Shown here in pieces: positions 47,512 through 55,457 of a stretch of DNA of 64,000 nucleotides. The DNA is from Myxococcota bacterium. Lineage in GTDB: Bacteria; Myxococcota_A; Polyangia; Nannocystales; Nannocystaceae. The translations under genes were made by a program, and so were the position numbers. Numbering within the stretch: position 1 is the stretch's first letter; each line of letters starts with the position of its first letter. The DNA is taken from positions 128,001-192,000 of the forward strand of contig JBCCHT010000015.1 of the NCBI GenBank assembly GCA_039028615.1. Reading direction: 5' to 3'. Under the pieces are notes generated by a model. That model was given only the letters and a program-made list of their open reading frames with translations. It had not been told where the DNA came from and did no database searches.

Positions 47512-47970
47512 ATGGCGACGATCATTACTGCGGTCCGAGCGTGCCTCGAACAGGATGGGCTCCGCTACGAGCTCGATGAGCAGGGACAGGCGTTGCGCTT
47601 CGGGTTTCGCACCGAGGCGCATCGTTGGACGTGCATCGCGCAGAGCGACGAACAGCGACGACGCCTCGCCTTCTTCAGCATCGTGCTCGCGCCAGTCGAA
47701 CGAGAGCGACGCGGGGCGGTGATGGAGCTGCTGTCGCGCATCAACTGGGGGTTGTTCCTCGGGAGTTTCGATATCGAGCTCGACACCGGTCGGGTTCGCC
47801 TGCGGACCTCGGTCGACTTCGGGGAGGAGCCGCCAACGACCGGCCTGGTGCAGCCGCTCATCCACGCCAACCTGGCCACCATGTCGACGAACATGACGGC
47901 GATTGATCGGGTGATGGGGGGCCAAGCCTCGCCCGCGGAGGCGTTGCGAGAGCGCGACGGCCCGCCGTAG
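47512..47970 (+). CDS. YbjN-like (secretion chaperone fold) protein, candidate immunity protein or chaperone
   Basis: ERRGAVMELLSRINWGLFLGSFDIE-DTG-VR-RTS; starts 2 nt after the effector stop. Confidence 0.78.
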   Translation: MATIITAVRACLEQDGLRYELDEQGQALRFGFRTEAHRWTCIAQSDEQRRRLAFFSIVLAPVERERRGAVMELLSRINWGLFLGSFDIELDTGRVRLRTSVDFGEEPPTTGLVQPLIHANLATMSTNMTAIDRVMGGQASPAEALRERDGPP

Positions 47971-48059
47971 GCATCGGGGCGAGGAGACACTGGTCTCGTA
48001 TTGCAGGTGCCCACCTGCGGACTCGCGCCGAGACCCCATGACCATGGGGGCGGGCCTCC

Positions 48060-48150
48060 GTCGCGGCCGGACTGACCGTCGACGTGGCGCTGGTGGATCT
48101 GGGGCTGCCCGACATGCGCGGCACCGCTCTATGGCGTCGAGCCGCCCGCG
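48060..48150 (+). pseudogene. Response-regulator receiver-domain remnant
   Basis: VDVALVDLGLPDMRGTAL matches the phospho-Asp core of a receiver domain. In-frame stop at 48039; no receiver-like sequence on either side. Confidence 0.5.
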
Positions 48151-48231
48151 CTGCCGCTGAGTACAGAGGCGGTCGAGTCGACCCTGGTCGTCCAGGCATC
48201 GCTCGACTGGTCGTGAGCCCTCCGTGCGCGG

Positions 48232-49761
48232 TCACTCGGCCGCGCGGTCGCCGGGAGCCCGACCCTTCGGTCGCAGATGCTCGGGTACCCGGTCTCGACG
48301 GAACACATCGTCCATCGTCTCGGCACGCCGGATCACGTGAGCCTCTTCCCCGTTCACGAGAATCGAGGCCGGCCTCGCCATGGCATTGAAGTTGCTCGCG
48401 CTGACCTCCTGATAGGCCCCCGTATCGAGCAGCGCGAGGACATCCCCGACCTCGAGCTCCGGCAAGGGAACCCGGCCGAGCAATCGATCGCCATAGCAGC
48501 TACGTCCGGTCACGTCGGCGTGCTGAGCGATGGGCGCGTTCATCTTGTTGGCGACTACGTAGTCGTGCAGGTGGTGCTCGAAGCGGCCGCCCGCGAGCCA
48601 GAACTCGGAGGTGTCGATGACCACGTGTCGCCACGGCACCGGGGCATCCATCGACTTGAGCGCTTGCACGGACGCCAGGTGTACGCCCGCGTTGCCGTGG
48701 ATGGAGCGGCCCGGCTCGAGCTGCAGGCGGACGCCATCGAGGGACAGGCCTTCGGCGTCGAGGGTGTCGCGCAGCGCTCGGGTGGTGGCTGCGGCGTAGT
48801 CCTCGATGGAGGGAGCCGCCCGTTGGTTGGGCTGGTCGGAGGCCAGCGACAGCAGCGGTCGCAGCAGGCGGTAGCGAACCGCCCGACCCAGCGCCTTCAG
48901 CCCCCAGGAGACCGCGTACAGGGCCCCCAGCTGCAGCGGAGCGAGGTAGTCGGTCGCGGCGTTGTGCGGGTCGCGGGGGATGGCGAAGCCGCCTCCGATG
49001 TCGATTTCCTGCGGCCGCAGGTTGCCCAGGGCTCGGCTCACGCGGCCGATCTCGCGCCCGTACGCTCGCATCTGGGCGCTCCACAAGTCCGTGGAGGGAT
49101 GGTGCCGACCGTGGTGCTGGTGAAAGCCCACGATGCTCAGCCCGCGCATGTCCGCGATGCGCCGCCCCGCCTCGATCGCTTCGTCGGTGGACAGCCCGCC
49201 CTTGTACATCAGCGCGACGAGGTCGGTGGGGGCGAGCCCTTGGGGCACGAAGCCGCTGGGGCGGTTGAAGTCGCTGACGGTGGGCCGTAGCCGCAGCGCG
49301 ACCCGGCCGGAACGAGCGCCATCGCAGGTGAGGTCTTCGAGAATGTCCACGTCGCGGAGGCTGTCGACGGTGATCCGGGCCCCGACCTCCAGCGCCCGAT
49401 CGATGTGGTCCAGGGACTTGGGCACGCCGTTGACCGACATCTGGGCCGGGTCGATGCCGACCCGCAGCGCGACCTCGAGCTCACCCTCGGAGTAGATGTC
49501 CGCGCCGCAGCCCTCGTCGGCCAGGACGGCTTGAATCGCCTGGGCCCAGTTGGCTTTGACCGCAGGCATGACCGTGACCGGGCCGCAGTCCCAGCCTTGG
49601 CTGAAGGATCGCTGGAAGCGTCGGACGTTGCGCCGCAGCTGATCCTCGGAGAACACGAACAGCGGCGAGCCGAAGCGCATGAGCAGGGCGGTGGCGTCCA
49701 GCTCCTCGATGTAGAGGCGACCATCACGTTCGGAGAGACATTCATCGATGGGATTGGTCAC
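48232..49761 (-). CDS. PLP-dependent fold-III decarboxylase (diaminopimelate decarboxylase-like)
   Basis: FGSPLFV, AVKAN, S-GEL, IDIGGGF, LEPGRSI, VTGRSCY-D, DTGAY, NFNAM-RP. Confidence 0.85.
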   Translation of the reverse strand: MTNPIDECLSERDGRLYIEELDATALLMRFGSPLFVFSEDQLRRNVRRFQRSFSQGWDCGPVTVMPAVKANWAQAIQAVLADEGCGADIYSEGELEVALRVGIDPAQMSVNGVPKSLDHIDRALEVGARITVDSLRDVDILEDLTCDGARSGRVALRLRPTVSDFNRPSGFVPQGLAPTDLVALMYKGGLSTDEAIEAGRRIADMRGLSIVGFHQHHGRHHPSTDLWSAQMRAYGREIGRVSRALGNLRPQEIDIGGGFAIPRDPHNAATDYLAPLQLGALYAVSWGLKALGRAVRYRLLRPLLSLASDQPNQRAAPSIEDYAAATTRALRDTLDAEGLSLDGVRLQLEPGRSIHGNAGVHLASVQALKSMDAPVPWRHVVIDTSEFWLAGGRFEHHLHDYVVANKMNAPIAQHADVTGRSCYGDRLLGRVPLPELEVGDVLALLDTGAYQEVSASNFNAMARPASILVNGEEAHVIRRAETMDDVFRRDRVPEHLRPKGRAPGDRAAE

Positions 49762-50181
49762 GGTTCGGCCTCTGCACCACGATAGGCCGCATTCGCGGCG
49801 ATGGGGAACCGCGGTCAGGCCCGAGGCCGAACCCGACTGCGAAGCGGTGCGTTCGTGGGCGGCAGGACTCCCCGACTCCGAGCCCGCGCGGATCGCCGCG
49901 CTGGCCGATCGAGTTCAGGGGGACTCCGACGAGGACGCCATCATGGCCGCCCGGGCCTTGGCGATGACTGGTACGGCAGACGCCCGCATTGCCCTACAAC
50001 CTGCGCTCGATCTTCCCGTTCGGAGCCCCGAGGTCATCGCGAAGATCCACGCGGCCTGGTCACAATACGCACCGCGGTGACGCGGATGAGGGGTCGTCCC
50101 CCCACATCGTGGGGGGAGCCTACGACGGTCGTAACGCGGCTGGTGTGATCGGGGCTCTGCGTCCTAACCTTCAGGGTGCAT

Positions 50182-51357
50182 ATGCGCTCATTCTCGTTTT
50201 CGGTCTCTATGGGGTTGTTCGGAATCTTCGGGCTGATGGCTTCGGCCTGCGGCACCGAAGGGGGGCGTCAAGACGAGAGCGGCGGCATTGCGAGCATCGG
50301 ACCGGGCGGGACGGGGGCGACCTCGGGCATGACTGCCACCGACGACGCGGGCACTGGGGGCCCGACCGGAGGGGGCAGCGGCTCCGACGACGACGCGAGT
50401 AACGACGATACGGGCAGCACTCCGGTGTTCGACGTCGGAGAGCCGGCCGGGACCGAGGGCAGCATGCCCTGCGAAGTCATGCAGCCGACCCTGACCTATG
50501 TCGAGCCGATCATGCTGTTGGTGCTCGACAAGTCGGGCAGCATGTCGATCAACCAGTTCGACGCGGGCGGCGGCTCCATCACCCGCTGGAACGCGCTGCA
50601 CAACACCGTGACCTCGCTGCTCGGCACCTATCAGTCCCAGATCGCGTTCGGGTCGAAGCTGTTCCCCTCGGCCAACGGGTGCAACGTGAACGCAGGGCTC
50701 GACGTCGACCCGCTGGTGAACAACGAGGCGGCGATCATCGCCTCCATTCCGCCGCCCGGGGCCGACCTGAACTCGGGGGGCACCTCGCAGACGCCAGTGC
50801 AGCGGGGCATGGAGGAGGCCTCGGCCGCGATGCTCTCGTACGACCCCGAGGTGCCCAAGGCGGTCATGCTCATCTTGGATGGTGGGGTGAGCACGACCTG
50901 CGGAGGCAATACCGTCGCGGGGACCGACGGGGTCATCAGCACGCTGTGGAACACGCACGGGATCCCGACCTACGTGGTGGGCGTAGACATCGACTCGTCC
51001 ACCGTCAGCGACATGAACACCTACGCGGTGTCCGGTGGCGTGCCCACGGGCAACCCCGCGGAGCAGTTCTACAACGCCACCAACACGGCGCAGCTCGAGA
51101 TGTTCATGGACGGCATCGTCTCCGAGATCCTCAGCTGCGACATCGCGCTGGACACCGAGCCGCAGTTCCCCGAGCTCACCCAGATCTCCGTGGACGGCAT
51201 GGAGTACTTCGAGATCGATCAGGCCGCCTGCGAAGCGGGGAACCCCGGCTGGTACTGGAGCGAGGAGTACAGCCTGATCACGCTGTGCGGAGCGGCGTGC
51301 GACGAGTTCCTCGTGGTGCAGTCCGCCGACGTGGCGTTCTTCTGCCCGGAGGGCTGA
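50182..51357 (+). CDS. vWA-domain lipoprotein (similar in architecture to CglB)
   Basis: Lipobox ASAC, MIDAS LVLDKSGSM, LILDG, IPTYVVG, C-terminal ITLCGAAC...FFCP. Confidence 0.85.
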   Translation: MRSFSFSVSMGLFGIFGLMASACGTEGGRQDESGGIASIGPGGTGATSGMTATDDAGTGGPTGGGSGSDDDASNDDTGSTPVFDVGEPAGTEGSMPCEVMQPTLTYVEPIMLLVLDKSGSMSINQFDAGGGSITRWNALHNTVTSLLGTYQSQIAFGSKLFPSANGCNVNAGLDVDPLVNNEAAIIASIPPPGADLNSGGTSQTPVQRGMEEASAAMLSYDPEVPKAVMLILDGGVSTTCGGNTVAGTDGVISTLWNTHGIPTYVVGVDIDSSTVSDMNTYAVSGGVPTGNPAEQFYNATNTAQLEMFMDGIVSEILSCDIALDTEPQFPELTQISVDGMEYFEIDQAACEAGNPGWYWSEEYSLITLCGAACDEFLVVQSADVAFFCPEG

Positions 51358-51367
51358 GCGGCACGCT

Positions 51368-51781
51368 TCAGCGGGCCGCGGCCCGGCGCTTGACCTCCAT
51401 ACGCCCGGCCAGCCACGCGACCACGATGTACAGCGGCAGCTCGATGTACATGAACGCGGGGTGGTCGAGCTGCGCCATGTTGGCGATGCCGCCCGCCAGC
51501 GACAGCGCACCGACGATCATCGCCAGCAGCATGGGCTTGGACGCCCCGAGTCGCGCGGCCGTCCACGCGCCCGTGAACGACTGGCTGATGTGCGCCGCGA
51601 TCACGATGAGGAACGCCTGCCACGGCAGGGTGGCGATATAGGCGTTCATCTGAGCGTTGTCGTACATGTCCAGGCCCTCGGGCACCGGATAGAGCACGGC
51701 GGTGTTGAGCATGATGAGGGCCATGTTGATGGCCATGCCCACGGTGAGGCCGACGACGACGGCGATGACGTTGCGAATCAT
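51368..51781 (-). CDS. Small four-TM membrane protein
   Basis: MIRNVIAVVVG start, four hydrophobic segments, GGAG upstream. Confidence 0.75.
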   Translation of the reverse strand: MIRNVIAVVVGLTVGMAINMALIMLNTAVLYPVPEGLDMYDNAQMNAYIATLPWQAFLIVIAAHISQSFTGAWTAARLGASKPMLLAMIVGALSLAGGIANMAQLDHPAFMYIELPLYIVVAWLAGRMEVKRRAAAR

Positions 51782-51923
51782 GGGGGGACTCCAGGCAGGA
51801 CCGGGCCAACTATGACACGAGTGCAGACCCATGACCGATGCCGTCGCGGGCCGGGCCGTCCCCACGGCGTTTACTCCGTCGGGGACCCCATGATCGCGGG
51901 CGTGGCCTGATATCGTCGCGAGC

Positions 51924-53726
51924 GTGACCGACGTGCTCGCCCGTGCCGCCGATGCCGTGTGGTCCTATCCCGTGGTCGGGCTGTGCCTGCTGTCGGCGCT
52001 GTTCTTCACCGTGTTCCTCCGCTTCGTGCAGCTGCGGGCGCTGCCTCATGCCATCGCGCTGCTGCTGGGGCGCTACGACTCCGAGGACGAGACGGGGAGC
52101 ATCTCGCACTTCCAGGCGCTGGCCGCCGCGCTGTCGGGGACCATCGGCATCGGCAATATCGCCGGGGTCGCGATCGCGATCGCGGTGGGGGGTCCGGGTG
52201 CGGTGCTGTGGATGTGGGTCACCGGCTTGCTCGGCATGGCCACCAAGTTCGTCGAGTGCACGCTGGGCACCACCTACCGCGAGGTCGACCCGGCGACGGG
52301 CAAGGCCCGCGGCGGCCCGATGTTCTACATCCTGGCCGGGCTGGGGGAGCGCTGGCGGCCGATGGCGGTGGTCTACGCCCTCATCATCGCCTTCGCCGGG
52401 TTCGGCTTCACGTGCATGTTCCAGAGCAACCAGGCCGCGGCCGCGCTGCTGACCCACTTCGCCATCCCGACCTATGTCACCGGGCTGGCGCTGGCCGTGC
52501 TCACCGGGGCGGTCATCATCGGGGGGATCGAGAGCATCGGTCGGTGGGCGGCGCGGATCGTCCCCACGATGTGCATCATCTACGTGGGGGGCTCGGTGTT
52601 CATCTGCCTGTGGCAGTACGAGCTCATGCCGCAGGTGCTCGGGATCATCGTGCGGGACGGCATGTCGGGCGAGGCAGCGGCCGGCGGGGCTCTCGGCGCG
52701 ATGATCATGTGGGGCGTTCGTCGGGCGATCTTCTCGAACGAGGCGGGTCTGGGGTCTGCCTCCATCGCCCACGCCGCGGTCAAGACGGACGAGCCGGTTC
52801 GCGAGGGGGTCGTGGCGTCGCTGGGGCCGCTCATCGACACCGTGATCGTGTCCGGGGCGACGGCCTTCGTGATCGTGCTTTCGGGGAACTATGGGGCGCT
52901 CAAGGACGGCAGCGTGCAGCGCCTGGCTGCGGCCGAGACGAGCGCGGCGGTTGGGTCCGCGACGCTCGAGGACGCCGCGGCCGATACCAGCACCTTCGGC
53001 GATCGGCTGGACGGGGTGACGGTGCACGCGGTCGAGGAGGGGAAGGCCGAGCCGTCCACGCTGAGCTTTCCGCTGCCCGCGGGAGCGATGAAGCACCATG
53101 GCATTCGCATCCCCGCGACGCTCCGGGCGGGTCGTTTGGAAGCCTCGCTGCGTACCGACCGGGACGTGCTGGCGACGCTCGGCATCGAGCCGGGTGCAGG
53201 TGGGCGGGTATGGGAGGCCCACACGCTGGCCTTCACCAAGGCGATGCGAGAGCAGGCGGGCGATGCCGCGATTCGGCTGGAGCTGGTCGCCATCGGCCCC
53301 GCAGCGACGGGGGAGGGGACGCCCTGGGCCTTCGTGGCCGCGCCGAGCTTGCTGGAGGAGCGCACGGGCATTTCCCTGAGCGCCGCCTCTTTCGATCGCT
53401 TCATCCCCGGGTTCGGCTCCATCTTCATCTCGATCGCCGGGTTCCTGTTCGCCCTGTCGACGATGATCACGTGGTCGTACTACGGGGAGACCGCGAGCAC
53501 CTGGGTGCTGGGCCCCCGCATGCTGACGCCCTACCGGGTGGTCTTCGTGGTCCTGGCGTTCGTGGGGGCCGTGCGCAAGCTCGAAGCGGTCATCAGCATC
53601 TCGGACCTGTTGGTGGGCCTTTTGGTGATCCCCAACGTCATCGCCTTGTTGCTGCTGTCCCCCAAGGTGGCGAAGTGGTCGCGCGAGTACTTCCAGCGAC
53701 TCGCCGCGGGGGAGTTCGATCGCTAG
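51924..53726 (+). CDS. Alanine/glycine:cation symporter (AGCS family)
   Basis: ISHFQAL-AALSGTIGIGNIAGVA, GGPGAV-WMW, GGPMFYI, FSNEAGLGSA-IAHA, FALSTMITWSYYGE. Confidence 0.94.
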   Translation: MTDVLARAADAVWSYPVVGLCLLSALFFTVFLRFVQLRALPHAIALLLGRYDSEDETGSISHFQALAAALSGTIGIGNIAGVAIAIAVGGPGAVLWMWVTGLLGMATKFVECTLGTTYREVDPATGKARGGPMFYILAGLGERWRPMAVVYALIIAFAGFGFTCMFQSNQAAAALLTHFAIPTYVTGLALAVLTGAVIIGGIESIGRWAARIVPTMCIIYVGGSVFICLWQYELMPQVLGIIVRDGMSGEAAAGGALGAMIMWGVRRAIFSNEAGLGSASIAHAAVKTDEPVREGVVASLGPLIDTVIVSGATAFVIVLSGNYGALKDGSVQRLAAAETSAAVGSATLEDAAADTSTFGDRLDGVTVHAVEEGKAEPSTLSFPLPAGAMKHHGIRIPATLRAGRLEASLRTDRDVLATLGIEPGAGGRVWEAHTLAFTKAMREQAGDAAIRLELVAIGPAATGEGTPWAFVAAPSLLEERTGISLSAASFDRFIPGFGSIFISIAGFLFALSTMITWSYYGETASTWVLGPRMLTPYRVVFVVLAFVGAVRKLEAVISISDLLVGLLVIPNVIALLLLSPKVAKWSREYFQRLAAGEFDR

Positions 53727-54256
53727 CGGTCGAGCAGCCAGCCGAGCCCGCGTTCGAAATGGTCGAGCGACAGCGGGCTCGGCCGCGATGCGCCGGCCGA
53801 AAACGCGAAGCCGTGGGTGTAGTCGATGATGACGCCCAGGGCGGTCTCGAGCTCGGCTTCGGGGACGCCCCGTTCCCGTAGCTGCACGCGGACCCGCTCG
53901 GTCAGCGTGGTCAGCTCGTCGCTCATCAGCGAGAGGTCGGACAGGACGTACGCGGCCAGGTTCGGGTGGGCGACGACGCGCTGGCAGTAGCGCATGAGCA
54001 GCGCGACCAACGGTCGTCCTGCGTCACCGACCTCGACTTCGGAGGCAACCCCCGCGTAGACGCGCTCCACGAGGCTCGCGAACAATTCCCGACGTGTGCC
54101 CACGTGGTAGGCGATGGACCGCGGGGTGACGCCCAGCGCCGACGCCAGCGCCCGGAACGTGACGCTCCGTTCGCCCTGCTCGTCGAGGCGAAGCAGCGCC
54201 GCGTCGAGGATCGACGCCTCGTTCAGCCGGGCGGCGCCCTTTTTAGGACGTCCGAT
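53723..54256 (-). CDS. TetR-family regulator (TetR_C-like) with an apparent ATC start
   Basis: Frame reads IGRPKKGAARLNEASILDAALLRLDEQGERSVTFRALASALGVTPRSIAYHVGTRREL, a complete TetR HTH. AGGAGG lies 6 nt before the ATC at 54256. Confidence 0.8.
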   Translation of the reverse strand: MGRPKKGAARLNEASILDAALLRLDEQGERSVTFRALASALGVTPRSIAYHVGTRRELFASLVERVYAGVASEVEVGDAGRPLVALLMRYCQRVVAHPNLAAYVLSDLSLMSDELTTLTERVRVQLRERGVPEAELETALGVIIDYTHGFAFSAGASRPSPLSLDHFERGLGWLLDR

Positions 54257-54812
54257 CTCGAGCCTCCTCTGGGTACGTTGGAATGAGGCGATACTCGAGC
54301 TGGACCAGCCCGTTGTCGAAGCTCGTCGAGTCGCGCAGCTCGAGGTCGATGTCCTGCGGCAGCGACCCGAACAATCGCAGCCCTTCGCCGATCAAGATGG
54401 GCACGATGCTCAGCACGATGTCCTCCACGAGCCCGGCGCGAATGAAGGACTGCACGAGCCGGCCCCCGTCGACGTAGGCCCGCGACCAACCCTCCTCATC
54501 GAGCTGCTGCATCAAGGCGGCTGGTTCGAGGGTAGAGAGGCGGACGACGTCCTTCAGCTCGGGCGGGATGTCGTCCGGCTTCAGGCTCTTGCTCATGACG
54601 ACCGCTGGCTTGTCGTAGGGCCAGTCTCCGAACTCCAGCACCGTCTCGAACGAGCCTCGCCCCATGACGATGCCATCCACGCTGGCCGCGAAGGCCTTGT
54701 ACCCGTAGTCGCTGCCGACCGACGGGAGCTTGGTGAGCCAGTCGATGCCGTGGTTCGGGCGGGCGACGAACCCATCGAGTGACTGCGCCATGAACACGTG
54801 TCCGGTGGTCAT
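54243..54812 (-). CDS. RibD C-terminal / dihydrofolate reductase family protein
   Basis: FMAQSLDGFVA, IVMGRGSFE, YVDGGRLVQSF, P-LIGEG-RLF, GLVQLEY. Confidence 0.92.
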   Translation of the reverse strand: MTTGHVFMAQSLDGFVARPNHGIDWLTKLPSVGSDYGYKAFAASVDGIVMGRGSFETVLEFGDWPYDKPAVVMSKSLKPDDIPPELKDVVRLSTLEPAALMQQLDEEGWSRAYVDGGRLVQSFIRAGLVEDIVLSIVPILIGEGLRLFGSLPQDIDLELRDSTSFDNGLVQLEYRLIPTYPEEARDRTS

Positions 54813-54814
54813 GG

Positions 54815-54847
54815 TGCAGTTTATTACACTTAGTATAATAAACTGCA
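54815..54847. promoter_or_regulatory. 33-bp palindromic operator/promoter, probably for the adjacent TetR
   Basis: TGCAGTTTATTA-C-ACT-T-AGT-A-TAATAAACTGCA, ending 2 nt from the ATG of the RibD-like gene. Confidence 0.8.
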
Positions 54848-54866
54848 AACAGGCTGCTACGGGCCG

Positions 54867-55325
54867 TCAGCGGGGCCCGAGAAGCTCGATGCTCAGCGCG
54901 CGGAGTTCTTTTTCGGTGGCGCGGAACGACTCGGCGAAGTCGCAGCTCACGCTCACCTCGGCTGCCTCCCCGAGCTGTTCTTGCAGGCTCTCGACGGTGG
55001 GGATCGCCTTGCGAATGGCCGCGTCGGCGCGGGCCCGCTCCGACTCGTTCATGCTCCCCTTGCCCAGGCGACCGAAGTGCCAGTGCATGTCGTCGAACGC
55101 CTTGCGGGTGAGTACCTCGCGGCACGGGGCTTCGGGCGCGGGCGCGTCTTTGGCCTCTTCGGGCGACTCGGCGGCGGGGGCCGGGGCAGGGTCCGCCTTG
55201 GCGGCGGCCGGAGCCTTGGCGGCGGGAGCCGACTGGGCCTTGGACCCGTCGTCGCATCCGGTCACGATGCCGCCCAGACCGAGCAGGAGTACGGAGATAC
55301 GAAAGAACGTGGAGCCGCGCCGCAT
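54867..55325 (-). CDS. Hypothetical lipoprotein
   Basis: Lipobox VTGC, A/P/K linker, helical C-terminus. Confidence 0.7.
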   Translation of the reverse strand: MRRGSTFFRISVLLLGLGGIVTGCDDGSKAQSAPAAKAPAAAKADPAPAPAAESPEEAKDAPAPEAPCREVLTRKAFDDMHWHFGRLGKGSMNESERARADAAIRKAIPTVESLQEQLGEAAEVSVSCDFAESFRATEKELRALSIELLGPR

Positions 55326-55457
55326 GAAGTGTCGATGGACGCGGAGGTGTCCACGGGTATTCCAACAAAGGGCGAGTTTCGACCAATCCATCCCATGTTT
55401 CGCGCAGACCGTCCCTTGCTGGAGGCAAGCGGTCATGGTGCTGACTACGCTGCCACT

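Larger units (their letters stand above)
16495..47970 (+). other. Extracellular contractile injection system (eCIS) gene cluster with cargo and accessory genes
   Basis: Co-oriented sheath, tube, Pvc16, AAA ATPase, LysM, hub, spike, gp25, two baseplate-J, DUF6519 and DUF4157 genes with many ATGA overlaps. No capsid, terminase or T6SS membrane complex seen. Confidence 0.93.

Noticed and set aside
49748..50080. Short ORF with a HEAT-like helical stretch (AIMAARALAMTGTADARIAL)
   Set aside because: No clear start or RBS, and it overlaps the start of the divergent decarboxylase gene. It may be a remnant, but support is too weak to call.
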